From assembly GCA_963727445.1 (NCBI GenBank), contig CAVSGI010000009.1:160001-224000 (forward strand): 64,000 nucleotides of DNA. Direction: 5' to 3'. Position numbers and translations under genes: made by a program. This stretch comes from an uncultured delta proteobacterium (GTDB lineage Bacteria > Myxococcota_A > Polyangia > Polyangiales > B10-G4). The notes beneath the pieces are model-generated. The model worked only from the letters and a program-made list of their open reading frames with translations. It was not told the origin of the DNA and did not search any database. Below are positions 1 through 9,887 of this stretch, piece by piece; within the stretch, counting starts at the first letter, position 1, and each line of letters begins with the position of its first letter.

Positions 1-510
1 TTCACAGATGCTCGCCGTGCCGACGAGGGCGATGGTGATGACTGCGCTTCCGTCGTCTACGACTAGCTGAGCTGTGTGTGGGCCGCCCGACGTCGGCTCA
101 TAGGCGACCTCGATCGCGCACGCCGCGCCAGCTTCGAGGCCATCGGCGCACCCGTCGCTCGCAATCCGGAATTGCATCGCATCCGTGCCCTCGAGCATGA
201 CCATCAGCGGAAGGCTCGGCGCGCTTCCTGTGTTCTCCACGGTGAACGCCTGGGTCCGGCTCGTTCCGATTTCGACGGTTCCGAAGTCGTAGCTCGTCGG
301 CGACGCGGTCAAGCGCGCCTCACCGACGATCGTCCCGTCGACCCCTTCGTCCGGCGCCACCGCCGAGTCGGCGGCCGGCCGCGTATCCACCAGGACCATT
401 GCGTCCGACGAGACGCTCGCGTCCGCCCCATCCGGAGGGTGTGATTCCCCGCAGCCGCCCGACAGCAGCAACAGGGCGCAAGCGCACCAAACCAAACGAT
501 TCCCCCCCAT
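1..510 (-). CDS. Lipoprotein with ASH/choice-of-anchor-D-like Ig domain (partial, runs off the left edge)
   Basis: Manual translation from ATG 510: MGGNRLVWCACALLLLSGGC (lipobox-like), then LTASPTSYDFGTVEIGTSRTQAFTVENTGSAP..CAIEVAYEP; open to base 1. Confidence 0.7.
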   Translation of the reverse strand, partial: MGGNRLVWCACALLLLSGGCGESHPPDGADASVSSDAMVLVDTRPAADSAVAPDEGVDGTIVGEARLTASPTSYDFGTVEIGTSRTQAFTVENTGSAPSLPLMVMLEGTDAMQFRIASDGCADGLEAGAACAIEVAYEPTSGGPHTAQLVVDDGSAVITIALVGTASICE

Positions 511-590
511 GATCCCTTTGTACCATTGACACAGCGGGGGGATCGTCCGCAGATTTCCGACCTCCGAAGTAGAGGAACGAGGAAGCAAAA

Positions 591-2705
591 GTGGCCCGCG
601 AATATCCCCTCGAGCGAACCCGGAACATCGGGATCATGGCGCATATCGACGCCGGTAAGACGACGACCACCGAGCGCATCCTCTACTACACCGGGATCAA
701 CTACAAAATCGGCGAGGTCCACGACGGCGCCGCGACCATGGACTACATGGCGCAGGAGCAGGAGCGCGGCATCACCATCACCAGCGCCGCCACCACCTGC
801 AGCTGGCAGCCGGCGCACGGTCCCTTCAAGAGCGACCGCTACCGCATCAACATCATCGACACCCCGGGGCACGTGGACTTCACCATCGAGGTCGAGCGCT
901 CGCTCAAGGTGCTCGACGGTGCCGTCGCGGTGTTCGACGGTGTCGCGGGAGTCGAGCCGCAGTCCGAGACGGTCTGGCGTCAGGCGGACCGCTACCGCGT
1001 GCCGCGCATCTGCTTCGTGAACAAGATGGACCGCGCCGGCGCGAACTTCACCCGCGCCGTCGAGACCATCCACGAGCGCCTCGGCGCCAACGCGGTACCG
1101 GTGCAGATCCCCCTCGGCACCGAGGACGAGCACCATGGCGTCGTGGACCTGATCACGATGAAAGCGCTGCGCTTCCACGACGACAACCTCGGCTCGGAGT
1201 GGGACGAGATCGACATCCCCGCCAATCTCCTCGACGAGGCGAACGAGCGTCGGGAGCGACTGCTCGAGGCCGTGGCCGAGGTGGACGACGACCTCATGGC
1301 TCGCTACCTCGAAGGCGACACCGCCTTTACGAGCGAGGAGATCATCCTCGCGCTCCGCAAAGGAACGCTCCAGCACAAGCTCGTGCCGGTGCTTTGCGGC
1401 TCGGCCTTCAAGAACAAGGGCGTCCAGCAGCTCCTCGATGCGGTCGTGCAGTACATGCCGTCTCCCATCGACGTGCCGCCCATGAAGGGAACCGACCCCG
1501 ACGACCCGGAGAAGATCCTCGAGCGCAAACCCAGCGACGACGAGCCCTTCGCCGCCCTGGCCTTCAAGATCCTGAACGACCCCTTCGTCGGCAACCTCAC
1601 GTTCTTCCGCGTCTACTCCGGCGTGCTCGACGCCGGCACCGCCGTTCTGAACCCGAGCACGGGCAAGAAAGAGCGCATCGGGCGCATCCTGCAGATGCAC
1701 GCCGACAAGCGCGAGGAGATCAAGACGATCGAGACGGGCAACATCGCCGCCGCGGTCGGTCTCAAGAACGCGCGCACCGGTGATACGCTGTGCGACATCA
1801 AGCATCCGATCGTGCTCGAGCGGATGGAGTTCCCCGATCCGGTCATCTCGGTCGCCATCGAGCCGAAGACCCAGGCCGACCAGCAGAAGCTGGGCGAGGC
1901 GCTGGCCAAGCTCGCCCTCGAGGATCCGTCCTTCAACGCGCACACCGACGAGGAGACGGGCCAGACCATCATCAGCGGGATGGGCGAGCTCCACCTCGAG
2001 ATCATCGTCGACCGCCTCAAGCGCGAGTTCAAAGTCGAGGCGAACGTCGGCAAGCCCCAGGTCGCCTATCGCGAGTCGATCACCGACACCGTGAAGGTCG
2101 AGGGTAAGTACGTGAAGCAGTCTGGTGGCCACGGCATGTACGGCCACGTGTGGATCGAGCTCGGGCCCTCGGAGCCCGGCGCGGGCTACGTCTTCGAAAA
2201 CGGCATCACCGGTGGTGTCATCCCCAAGGAGTTCATCCCTTCGGTGGAGAAGGGCATTCGCGACGCGATGGGCCGCGGCGTCCTCGCGGGCTATCCGGTG
2301 ATCGACATCAAAGCCAAGCTCTACGACGGCTCCTTCCATCAGGTGGACTCCTCCGGCCCGGCGTTCGAGGTCGCCGCGTCGATGGCGTTCCAGGAAGGCG
2401 CGAAGAAGGCGGGCATCCATCTCCTCGAGCCGGTGATGGACGTCGAGGTGGTCACTCCCGAAGAGTTCATGGGCGACGTCATCGGCGACCTCAACGCGCG
2501 ACGCGGCAACGTCACCGGTATGTCGCAACGCTCGAACCTGAAGGTGGTGGACGCCGAAGTCCCCCTCGCCACCATGTTCGGCTACGCCACCGACGTCCGC
2601 TCCAAGACCCAGGGCCGCGCCACCTACACCATGCAGTTCAAGGAATACCAGCCGGTTCCCTCGACGATCGAGCAGGAGATCGTCCGAAAGATCCGCGGGA
2701 TCTGA
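591..2705 (+). CDS. fusA: Elongation factor G
   Basis: [46 protein letters not shown]; 704 aa; GTG start. Confidence 0.98.
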   Translation: MAREYPLERTRNIGIMAHIDAGKTTTTERILYYTGINYKIGEVHDGAATMDYMAQEQERGITITSAATTCSWQPAHGPFKSDRYRINIIDTPGHVDFTIEVERSLKVLDGAVAVFDGVAGVEPQSETVWRQADRYRVPRICFVNKMDRAGANFTRAVETIHERLGANAVPVQIPLGTEDEHHGVVDLITMKALRFHDDNLGSEWDEIDIPANLLDEANERRERLLEAVAEVDDDLMARYLEGDTAFTSEEIILALRKGTLQHKLVPVLCGSAFKNKGVQQLLDAVVQYMPSPIDVPPMKGTDPDDPEKILERKPSDDEPFAALAFKILNDPFVGNLTFFRVYSGVLDAGTAVLNPSTGKKERIGRILQMHADKREEIKTIETGNIAAAVGLKNARTGDTLCDIKHPIVLERMEFPDPVISVAIEPKTQADQQKLGEALAKLALEDPSFNAHTDEETGQTIISGMGELHLEIIVDRLKREFKVEANVGKPQVAYRESITDTVKVEGKYVKQSGGHGMYGHVWIELGPSEPGAGYVFENGITGGVIPKEFIPSVEKGIRDAMGRGVLAGYPVIDIKAKLYDGSFHQVDSSGPAFEVAASMAFQEGAKKAGIHLLEPVMDVEVVTPEEFMGDVIGDLNARRGNVTGMSQRSNLKVVDAEVPLATMFGYATDVRSKTQGRATYTMQFKEYQPVPSTIEQEIVRKIRGI

Positions 2706-2711
2706 GCGCGC

Positions 2712-3578
2712 TCAGGCTTCGCGGGTGCGTGCGCGGCGCTCCCGCAGCGCGTTCTTCAGGCCCCCGACCGCGTGTCGCGCCGCCGTCCTCGCGCCGTGAC
2801 CGAGATCGCCGTCGAGGACGTGGGCGAGGAGCGCGGTGCGTTTCGTCTCGAACTCGAGCGGGACGATCCTCGAAGTGACGCGCGCGAGGGCGAGGCCGAC
2901 GCGGTCGCGCGCGAGGATCCGGAGAAGCGCTGTCAGCGGTTCACCGATGCGCGACTCGAAGATCAGGAGCGTGTGCAACGCAGCGCGCTGGGTCCCGGTG
3001 AGCGCCAGGTGCTCGGCGAGGGCCGCGGGGTCGAAGTCGTCGCGCGCCGCGAGGGCGTCGACGTCGCCGAGCACCGTGTCGAAGCGCGCGTCGAAGCGGC
3101 TCGAGGCGAAGTGGCCGACGGCGTGCGCGAAGGCGTCGAGGTCGTGGATCCGGCGCGCGTGTCGCGTGCCTTCGATGGGCGCGCTGCGTTCGAAGATGCC
3201 TCGCGGCTCGAGGCGATAGAGCCCGTAGCTCCCGAGGCCGCGGTGCAGGTCGAGGGCGATGGGGTATCGGGGGGAGAGGAGGGTAGAGGCGTGGCGAAGC
3301 GGCTTTTCTTCCACGAAGCCCAGGGCTTCGAGGGCTCGGGCCGCCGCGGGATGGTCGAGGACCAACAAATCCAGGTCCCCGCACACCCGAAGCGAGGGGT
3401 CGTCGTAGACCCAGCGCTGGAAATGGGCCCCTTTGAGCGCCATCGAGGCGATACCCGCGTCCTCGAGGACCGCGGTCGCGTCGTCGAGGAGCCTTTGCAC
3501 CATCAGCGCGCGCAGGCGCGCTCGGGGGCTGCCAGGTATCACGCGTGGGATGTTGCAGTGCCGGCACTTCGCGTTCAA
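2712..3578 (-). CDS. Nucleotidyltransferase family protein (NTP_transf_5-like); start uncertain
   Basis: ALKG..F...VY.DP..R..GDLDLLV and LDLHRGL motifs. Confidence 0.7.
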   Translation of the reverse strand: MNAKCRHCNIPRVIPGSPRARLRALMVQRLLDDATAVLEDAGIASMALKGAHFQRWVYDDPSLRVCGDLDLLVLDHPAAARALEALGFVEEKPLRHASTLLSPRYPIALDLHRGLGSYGLYRLEPRGIFERSAPIEGTRHARRIHDLDAFAHAVGHFASSRFDARFDTVLGDVDALAARDDFDPAALAEHLALTGTQRAALHTLLIFESRIGEPLTALLRILARDRVGLALARVTSRIVPLEFETKRTALLAHVLDGDLGHGARTAARHAVGGLKNALRERRARTREA

Positions 3579-3589
3579 GGATCGCCGCC

Positions 3590-3889
3590 GTGGTTCGGGT
3601 CGAGCTCACCAAGCACCTCTTTCAGTTCTTCCCCAAGTTGGAGGGGGAGGAGCTCGAGGTCGAAGCGTCCACGGTGGCGGAGGTGGTGAGCGCGATGGAG
3701 GCGATGGCGCCCGGGTTCGCCTTCTACGTCTGTGACGAGCGCGGCCGGCTGCGCAGGCACGTGAACATCTTCGTGGGCGAAGAGCCCATCTCCGATCGCA
3801 AGACGTTGAGCGACCGCGTCGACGACGGCGCGCGCGTCTTCATCATGCAAGCGTTGAGCGGCGGCGCGCCGCTCCTGGAGGAGACATGA
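3590..3889 (+). CDS. MoaD/ThiS ubiquitin-like protein with extension after the GG
   Basis: DERGRLRRHVNIFV...IMQALSGG followed by APLLEET; GTG start after AAGGA. Confidence 0.85.
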   Translation: MVRVELTKHLFQFFPKLEGEELEVEASTVAEVVSAMEAMAPGFAFYVCDERGRLRRHVNIFVGEEPISDRKTLSDRVDDGARVFIMQALSGGAPLLEET

Positions 3890-5043
3890 CACGCATTCTG
3901 GTCGGCAGTCGCAAGGGCACCTTCTTCGTCGAAAAGGAGCACGGCCGCTGGCGTCCGCGTCTCGTGGGGCACGCCGGAGCGGGCGTGAACTTCGTGGCGA
4001 AGGATCCCCACAGCGACACCTACTGGGCTGCCTGCGGGCACGGACACTGGGGCGCGAAGCTCTCGCGTTCGACCGACGGCGGGGCCACCTGGCAAGACGC
4101 GACGCAGATCAAGTACCCCGAAGGCGCGCGCTATCTCTCACCTCCGGCGCCCAGCGAGGAAGGCAGCGGCGACGGGCCGACGGTGTTCAAGGACGCAACG
4201 CTCCTCAAGCTGTGGGTCCTGACCTTCGGTGAGCCGGGCAAGATCTACGTCGGCACCATTCCCGGCGGGCTCTTCGTGAGCGGTGACGGCGGTGAGAGCT
4301 TCGAGCTCAACCGCCCGCTATGGAACCACGAGTCGCGCGGCGGCGACCTCTTCGCGAGCGATGGTACGGGGAAGACACACTGGTTCGGCACTCCGGCCTC
4401 CGAAGGCGAGTTCGCCCCGGGCATCCACTCGGTGGTCGTCGACCCCCAGAACCCGAAGCGCGTCCTCGTCGCGGTGAGCACCGCGGGCGTCCTCGAGTCC
4501 ACCGACGGCGGCGAGAGCTGGCGCGGCCGCAACCAGGGCATGCTCATGGACTACCTGCCGAACCCGGCGGCGGAATGGGGGCACGACCCCCACTACATCG
4601 AGCTCTGTCCCGGACAGCCGAATCACGTCTGGCAGCAGAACCACTGCGGCGTGTTCTACAGCGACGACGGTGCGGCCCATTGGCGGAAGGTCAGCAATCC
4701 GGCGCAGGGCGTTCACTTCGGCTTTCCGGTCACCGTCGACCCGAACGACGGCAAGACGGCCTGGGTCGTCCCCGGCAAGGCGGACAGTCAGCGGATGGCC
4801 ATCGACGGCGGCCTCTTCGTCGCGCGGACGCAGGACGGCGGCGAGACCTGGGAAGAGCAGCGCGAAGGCCTTCCCCAGGACAACGCCTACGACGTCGTGT
4901 ATCGACACGCCCTCAGCAACGCCGACGGTGTCCTCGCCTTCGGCACCACCACCGGCAACCTCTACGTCAGCGAGAACGCCGGCGAGAGCTGGATGACCGT
5001 CGCCAACAACCTGCCGCCGATCTACAGCGTGCGGATGGGCTGA
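3886..5043 (+). CDS. BNR/Asp-box repeat beta-propeller (sialidase-like) protein
   Basis: Repeated SxDGGxxW boxes (STDGGATW, STDGGESW, TQDGGETW, SENAGESW); ATGA overlap with the upstream gene. Confidence 0.85.
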   Translation: MTRILVGSRKGTFFVEKEHGRWRPRLVGHAGAGVNFVAKDPHSDTYWAACGHGHWGAKLSRSTDGGATWQDATQIKYPEGARYLSPPAPSEEGSGDGPTVFKDATLLKLWVLTFGEPGKIYVGTIPGGLFVSGDGGESFELNRPLWNHESRGGDLFASDGTGKTHWFGTPASEGEFAPGIHSVVVDPQNPKRVLVAVSTAGVLESTDGGESWRGRNQGMLMDYLPNPAAEWGHDPHYIELCPGQPNHVWQQNHCGVFYSDDGAAHWRKVSNPAQGVHFGFPVTVDPNDGKTAWVVPGKADSQRMAIDGGLFVARTQDGGETWEEQREGLPQDNAYDVVYRHALSNADGVLAFGTTTGNLYVSENAGESWMTVANNLPPIYSVRMG

Positions 5044-5106
5044 GCACCGTCACGGGACCACACTCGACGGCTGCGTCCATCAGGGCGCGGCGGCCCGAGC
5101 TCTTGC

Positions 5107-6069
5107 TCAGGCCCTGAGGCTCGCGAGGCCCTCTTCGAAACCGACGTGCCCCTCGTAGCCCAGCTCGCGCCGGGCTTTGTCGTCGCGCACCGTCATCTGC
5201 ACGCCCAACAGAGCGATCTCCGTGCGGTTCAGAGGTGGGTCGCCAGGCAGAGGCAGCCTCTTCCACAAGAGCTCGCTTACCGAAGCCCCGGCGCGCGCGA
5301 CCCAGAGCGGAACGTTGCCATCGGGCGGCTTCACACCTCGCGTCTCGAGCATGCGGCCGAACCACTCTCGGTAGGTATGGCTTTCGCCATCCGTCAGGAA
5401 GTAGATCTCTCCCGGCTTGCCGCGCTCCGCGGCGGCGAGCATGCCCTCGACGACGTTGTCGACGTGGCAGGTCGAGGTGAGCGACTTGCCTCCGTCGATC
5501 CACTTGAAGCGTCCGGTCTCGATTGCCTCCACCAGCCCCGGCAGGACGACCGTGTCGTCGTTGCCCCAGATGGCGCGCGGCCGTACGACGCAGGCGTCGG
5601 CGCCCTCCTTCGCGGCGGAGACGACAGCACGCTCCGCTTCGCCCTTGGTGCGCGGGTAGAGGCCGGCGGGGTGCGCTGGGTAGGGAGCCGTCTCGTCGAC
5701 GTCGACGAGGGGGTGGCCGTCGGCGAGGACGGCTTCGCTGCTCACGTGCACGACTCGCGCGTTCGCTGCTCGCGCTGCCTCGAGGACGCGCTCGGTGCCA
5801 CCCACCGTGATGCGGCGTGCTTCCGCCTCGTCGCCCCAGGTCTTGACGTATGCGGCGCAGTGAAAGACCACGTCCACGCCTCTCGTCCCCGCGGCGAGCG
5901 CATCGGCGTCGTCCAGATCCCCGCGAACGGCGGTGGCCCCGAGCTCTTCGACGGCGCGTGCGGAGCTGTCCGACCGAGCGAGCGCTCGCGCTTCGTCGCC
6001 GCGTGCGGCGAGCGCCCGCAACAGATTGCGGCCGAGGAACCCCGAGCCACCCGTCACGAAGGCTTTCAT
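5107..6069 (-). CDS. NAD-dependent epimerase/dehydratase (3-beta-HSD-like extended SDR)
   Basis: MKAFVTGGSGFLG, VFHCAA, catalytic YPRTK, RPRAIWG. Confidence 0.9.
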   Translation of the reverse strand: MKAFVTGGSGFLGRNLLRALAARGDEARALARSDSSARAVEELGATAVRGDLDDADALAAGTRGVDVVFHCAAYVKTWGDEAEARRITVGGTERVLEAARAANARVVHVSSEAVLADGHPLVDVDETAPYPAHPAGLYPRTKGEAERAVVSAAKEGADACVVRPRAIWGNDDTVVLPGLVEAIETGRFKWIDGGKSLTSTCHVDNVVEGMLAAAERGKPGEIYFLTDGESHTYREWFGRMLETRGVKPPDGNVPLWVARAGASVSELLWKRLPLPGDPPLNRTEIALLGVQMTVRDDKARRELGYEGHVGFEEGLASLRA

Positions 6070-6251
6070 CGTCGCACCATACGCCAGGCGAGAGCCCAGC
6101 GGGTGATGGGCCTGCACGAACTTTGGCCGGCCCGTGGGCGCACGCGCACCAAGTCGAACACTCCAGTGTTCGTTTTCCGCGACAAGGCCCATCATTCCGC
6201 GCGGTCCGACCTTTGCACACCCATGGGCATCCCCGGTTGCTGGAGGTTGAT

Positions 6252-7142
6252 GTGAGACACGATTGGAACCGCGCGCTCGCCCCTTTGCTCCTCTTCTTCG
6301 GCGTTGCCTGCGCCACGACGGAGGAGGGCGGAGCGCCCTTCGGCGATCCACCCCCGCCAGTCGCCGGCGACGACGCCTCGGTGGGTGAGCCGGCGGCCGA
6401 TGCCAGCGGGTCGCAGCCACTCGACGGGGTCCCCTGCTATGGCGAGGTGGAGTTCCCGACGGCGTACTGCGGCTACGGAACGACGTGCGCAGAGGGCCGC
6501 TGCCTGCCAGCGGTTCCGTGTACCGACACGCTCTGCGACGGCGAACCGTTGCTCTGCTACGGCACTGGGTGCGAGGCACCACCCGACGAGTCGCCGTCCA
6601 GCGAGCCGCCGCCGGACGAGCCACCCCCCGAAGAGCCGCCGCCCAGCGAGCCGCCGCCCAGCGAGCCGCCCGCCCCCACCGCGCCGGACACCCCACGCCT
6701 CCTGGTGCGACTCGAGTGGGATTCGGCAGGCGACATGGACCTTCACATGCTCAACCCGACCGCGACGCGCTGGAGCGGTCATGACGACTGCAACTACGCG
6801 AACTGCGAGGGCGGTCTCGAGTGGGGCGTGGCGAGCGATCTCGACAACCCGAGCCTCTCGCGCGACGTCACCTCACGCCTCGGCCCCGAACGGATCGTGA
6901 TCCAGCACCCCCAGCCGGGCACCTATCGGGTCGGCGTCGACGCCTACGACGGACGCAGCAACGTGCGCGTGCACATCGAGTGCGGCCACCTGCCCAAGAC
7001 CCGGAACCTCGGCCCGCTGAACCTGGGCGCCAGCGGGGAGCGGTTCTGGCGGGTCGCCGACGTCGAGATTCGAAGCGATGGAAGCTGCGGGATCTCTCCG
7101 CTACGCGAGGTCGCCACGCGGCGCGAGTGGGATCGGCGCTGA
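6252..7142 (+). CDS. Lipoprotein with Cys-rich segment, Pro/Glu linker and YfaP/DUF2135-like C-terminal domain
   Basis: GGAGG + GTG start; LLLFFGVAC; EPPP repeats; LEWDSAGDMDLHM..GPERI..PGTYRVGV. Confidence 0.7.
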   Translation: MRHDWNRALAPLLLFFGVACATTEEGGAPFGDPPPPVAGDDASVGEPAADASGSQPLDGVPCYGEVEFPTAYCGYGTTCAEGRCLPAVPCTDTLCDGEPLLCYGTGCEAPPDESPSSEPPPDEPPPEEPPPSEPPPSEPPAPTAPDTPRLLVRLEWDSAGDMDLHMLNPTATRWSGHDDCNYANCEGGLEWGVASDLDNPSLSRDVTSRLGPERIVIQHPQPGTYRVGVDAYDGRSNVRVHIECGHLPKTRNLGPLNLGASGERFWRVADVEIRSDGSCGISPLREVATRREWDRR

Positions 7143-7308
7143 AGGTGCTCAGAGGCTCTGCGAGGCGCAGAAAGAAACGCCGGAGGCGGGCATTCGGCAG
7201 TCGAGGGAAGATCATTGAAGCGCGCATGGCTCGACGTCATTCAACGAGCAACCTCGGGGTGGGCGTGTACGATCGAGGCGCGCTAGGCTCTGCGCGGAGG
7301 AGATCCCC

Positions 7309-7863
7309 ATGCCCGACGTCATCATCATCGGAGACGGCCCCGGAGGCCTGAGCGCCGCGCTCTTCCTCGCGAAGAATGGCAAGGACGTCGTCGTCCTCGG
7401 CCAGGACAAGACCGCCATGCATTGGGCGCTCCTGAACAACTACCTGGGCATCGAGCAGATCCACGGCTCGGAGTTCCAGAAGATCGCGAAGAAGCAGGTC
7501 ACCGACAAAGGCGGGACGATCCGCGAGGAACGCGTCGAGAAGGTCGGGCGGACCGACGCCGGGTTCACCGTGACGACGGAGGGCGGCGAGACGCTCGAGG
7601 CGAGACATCTCGTGCTCTCCGAGGGCAAGGGCCCACGCCTCGCGAAGCAGCTCGGGCTCGAGCCAGGCGACGACGGCGCCATCGCCGTCGACCGCCACGG
7701 GCTGAGCGCCGTCCCGAACGTCTACGTCGTGGGCCGCTCGGTTCGCCCGGGCCGCAGCCAGGCCATCATCAGCGCGGGCGACGGGGCGGCCGCGGCGATC
7801 GACATCCTGAGCCGCGAGAAGGGCGAAGCGTTCTCGGATTGGGACGAGCCTCCCAAGGACTAG
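7309..7863 (+). CDS. Short thioredoxin-reductase-like FAD-dependent oxidoreductase
   Basis: DVIIIGDGPGGLSAA; QAIISAGDGAAAA; only 184 aa, no CxxC. Confidence 0.8.
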   Translation: MPDVIIIGDGPGGLSAALFLAKNGKDVVVLGQDKTAMHWALLNNYLGIEQIHGSEFQKIAKKQVTDKGGTIREERVEKVGRTDAGFTVTTEGGETLEARHLVLSEGKGPRLAKQLGLEPGDDGAIAVDRHGLSAVPNVYVVGRSVRPGRSQAIISAGDGAAAAIDILSREKGEAFSDWDEPPKD

Positions 7864-7924
7864 ATCACATGGTCTAGCCGCGCTCCGTCATCGCGCCCAG
7901 TGCTCGGTGCTGTCGCCGGGCGCC

Positions 7925-8116
7925 GTCTCCGCGTCCGCCTCCGGGTCCGTCACCGCGTCCGTCTGCGCGTCCGCCTCCGCGTCCGCCTCCGGGTCCGTCA
8001 CCGCGTCCGTCTGCGCGTCCGTCTCCGGGTCCGTCTGCGCGTCCGTCTGCGCGTCCGTCTGTGCGTCCGTCTGCGCGTCCGTCTCAGCGTCCGTCTTCGA
8101 GTCCGTCTCCGTCTCC
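7925..8116. repeat. Degenerate hexamer tandem array (GCGTCC/GTCTGC/GCCTCC)n
   Basis: Visible 6-bp periodicity. Confidence 0.95.
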
Positions 8117-8151
8117 ATCCCGGGCGACCGGCTGGCGGTGATGTGTTCGGG

Positions 8152-8289
8152 GCTGACTGAGGGGAGAGGGACGCGGTGGGCGGCGGGCAAGCGGCCGTGC
8201 TCCTGGAGGCGCTCGCGTCGTTCGGGAGCGTGGGCGGGCCGCGGGCGGCTTCGCCGCGCCTCTGTCGGGGGCGAGGCCCCCGACACCCC
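8152..8289 (+). repeat. Left copy of ~138-bp REP-like inverted repeat
   Basis: Matches reverse complement of 9590-9726 in identical blocks; contains hairpins GCGGC-TTC-GCCGC and TGTCGGGGGC-GAG-GCCCCCGACA. Confidence 0.9.
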
Positions 8290-8374
8290 GCGGGGTCTCG
8301 GTGGGGCGAGGGGGTGAGTGACGGCCTGAGGCCGTCCGTCTCCACCAAACAGCTCGCCCTGTTCTACCCATTGT

Positions 8375-8455
8375 CTCGCTCCGTCTCCGCGTCCGCCTCC
8401 GCGTCCGTGTGCGGTCTGTCTCCGCTTCCGCTTTCGTGTCCGTCTCCGTGCCCGT
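8375..8455. repeat. Short degenerate hexamer array
   Basis: GTCTCC GCGTCC GCCTCC GCGTCC. Confidence 0.75.
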
Positions 8456-8540
8456 CAGCCGCCGGCCCCACTCCTCCGGCCGAACGTGGCGCAGCCACCC
8501 TCCGCTCCCGCAGTCAGCCACGGGGCCAGAGCCGCCCCAC

Positions 8541-9248
8541 TCATGCGGCCGAACGTGGCGGCACGTAGTCCGGCGCGATCCGTCCGCCCGCGCGCTTCCA
8601 GCCTTCGCGGAGCATCCAGGTGCCGGGCGGCACCACGGGCGGCGGGCCGTCGCGCTCCCTCTGCACGGGCCACTTCCATCCGTCGAAGACCTCCGCGCTC
8701 GAGCAGGGGTCGACGCGATCGCGTGAGCGTCGCCACGCACCGCGCACGCGATGTCGCCGCCCGTTGTTCAGCACGTAGCCGAGGGCGTTGCGAACCTTGC
8801 GCGGCTTGTCGAGCACGCGGTCGTGGTAGCGATCGGCCCACACCGTCCCTCGCGAGAACGTGAGCTGGTTGATGCGCCGGGCGATGGCGACCTTGATCCC
8901 CTTCATCGCCCGCGCCACCGCCCCTCGGCCGCCCGGGGCCTCGACGATCAGGTGGATGTGATTGCCCTGCACCGAGTAGTGCACGATGCGAAAGCCCGCT
9001 CGCGCCTTCCACCCCTCGAGCACGTCCTCGACGAGCGGCAGCACGAAGCGCCCCCGCAAGTCCGGCACGTGCTCACACACGCGCACGGTGATCGACAGCG
9101 GCACGCTCCGATGAAAGCGCTGCCGCCGCCCGTGCGGCACCCGCGCTCGCGCTCCGGCCCGTGGCCGGCCCGCCCCCTTTCGCTTCCCACCCCACGAGGG
9201 ATAGCGGAGCGACAGCTGCTTGGGCTTGCGAGTGCGGCGGCGCGGCAT
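8541..9248 (-). CDS. RAYT / IS200-like Y1 HUH transposase
   Basis: ITVR, YSVQGNHIHLIVEA (HUH), VWADRYH, candidate catalytic Tyr in GYVLNN; flanked by palindromic inverted repeats. Confidence 0.88.
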   Translation of the reverse strand: MPRRRTRKPKQLSLRYPSWGGKRKGAGRPRAGARARVPHGRRQRFHRSVPLSITVRVCEHVPDLRGRFVLPLVEDVLEGWKARAGFRIVHYSVQGNHIHLIVEAPGGRGAVARAMKGIKVAIARRINQLTFSRGTVWADRYHDRVLDKPRKVRNALGYVLNNGRRHRVRGAWRRSRDRVDPCSSAEVFDGWKWPVQRERDGPPPVVPPGTWMLREGWKRAGGRIAPDYVPPRSAA

Positions 9249-9336
9249 CTTGAATAGGCAGACAATAGCAGAATGGCCGCAGGCTGCAAGAGAAAAGCGC
9301 CGTCACCCTCGTGAACCACGATCGCTTCGGTCCCCA

Positions 9337-9572
9337 TCTCCGTCTCCGTCTCCGAGTCCGTTCCGAGTCCGAGTGCGAGTGCGAGTCCGCGTCCGTCTCC
9401 GCTTCCGCTTCCGTCTCCGTCGCCGCCTCCGTCTCCGCGGCCGAGTCCGAGTCCGAGTCCGAGTCTGAGTCCGAGTCCGAGTCCGCGTCCGCCTCCGCCT
9501 CCGCGTCCGTCTCCGTCGCCGCGGCCGAGTCCGCGTTCGTCTCCGCGTCCGCGTCAGCCTCCGCGTCCGCAT
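9337..9572. repeat. Degenerate hexamer tandem array (GAGTCC/GCGTCC/GTCTCC)n
   Basis: Visible 6-bp periodicity. Confidence 0.95.
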
Positions 9573-9589
9573 CCACCCACCCCGCCACG

Positions 9590-9726
9590 GGGGTGTCGGG
9601 GGCCTCGCCCCCGACAGAGGTGCGGCGAAGCCGCCCGCGGCCCACTTGCGCCTCCGAACACCACCAACGCCTCCAGGAGCACGTCCGCTCCCACGCCAGC
9701 CACCGCCCCCTCTCCCCTCAGTCAGC
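9590..9726 (-). repeat. Right copy of ~138-bp REP-like inverted repeat
   Basis: Reverse complement of 8152-8289; contains GCGGC-GAA-GCCGC. Confidence 0.9.
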
Positions 9727-9763
9727 TCCCAAGGCGATCGCCGTCGCCGCTCTCCGTCGTGGT

Positions 9764-9824
9764 TCTCCGTCGCCGCCTCCGCTTCCGCCTCCGCGTCCGC
9801 GTCCGCGTCCGCGTCCGCCTCCGC
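9764..9824. repeat. Hexamer array (GCGTCC)n
   Basis: GCTTCC GCCTCC (GCGTCC)4 GCCTCC. Confidence 0.85.
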
Positions 9825-9887
9825 CCCCCTCAGCTCGAGCCTTCCGTGCATCGAGGGCGTGCCCCATACTCGTGCTTTGGGGGGTCG

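Noticed and set aside
309..2528. Long antisense ORFs opposite fusA, tuf, secY and other genes
   Set aside because: Shadow ORFs expected from high-GC codon bias; no recognisable motifs.
2712..3578. Lasso-peptide/RiPP cluster suggested by the nucleotidyltransferase
   Set aside because: No precursor, PqqD/RRE, B2 protease or cyclase gene nearby.
6590..6680. GAGCCGCCGCCC repeats as a DNA element
   Set aside because: They encode the EPPP linker of a lipoprotein.
7888..9830. ORFs with DAQT / SASASV / RVRLRV tracts
   Set aside because: Same artefact from the (GCGTCC)n arrays.
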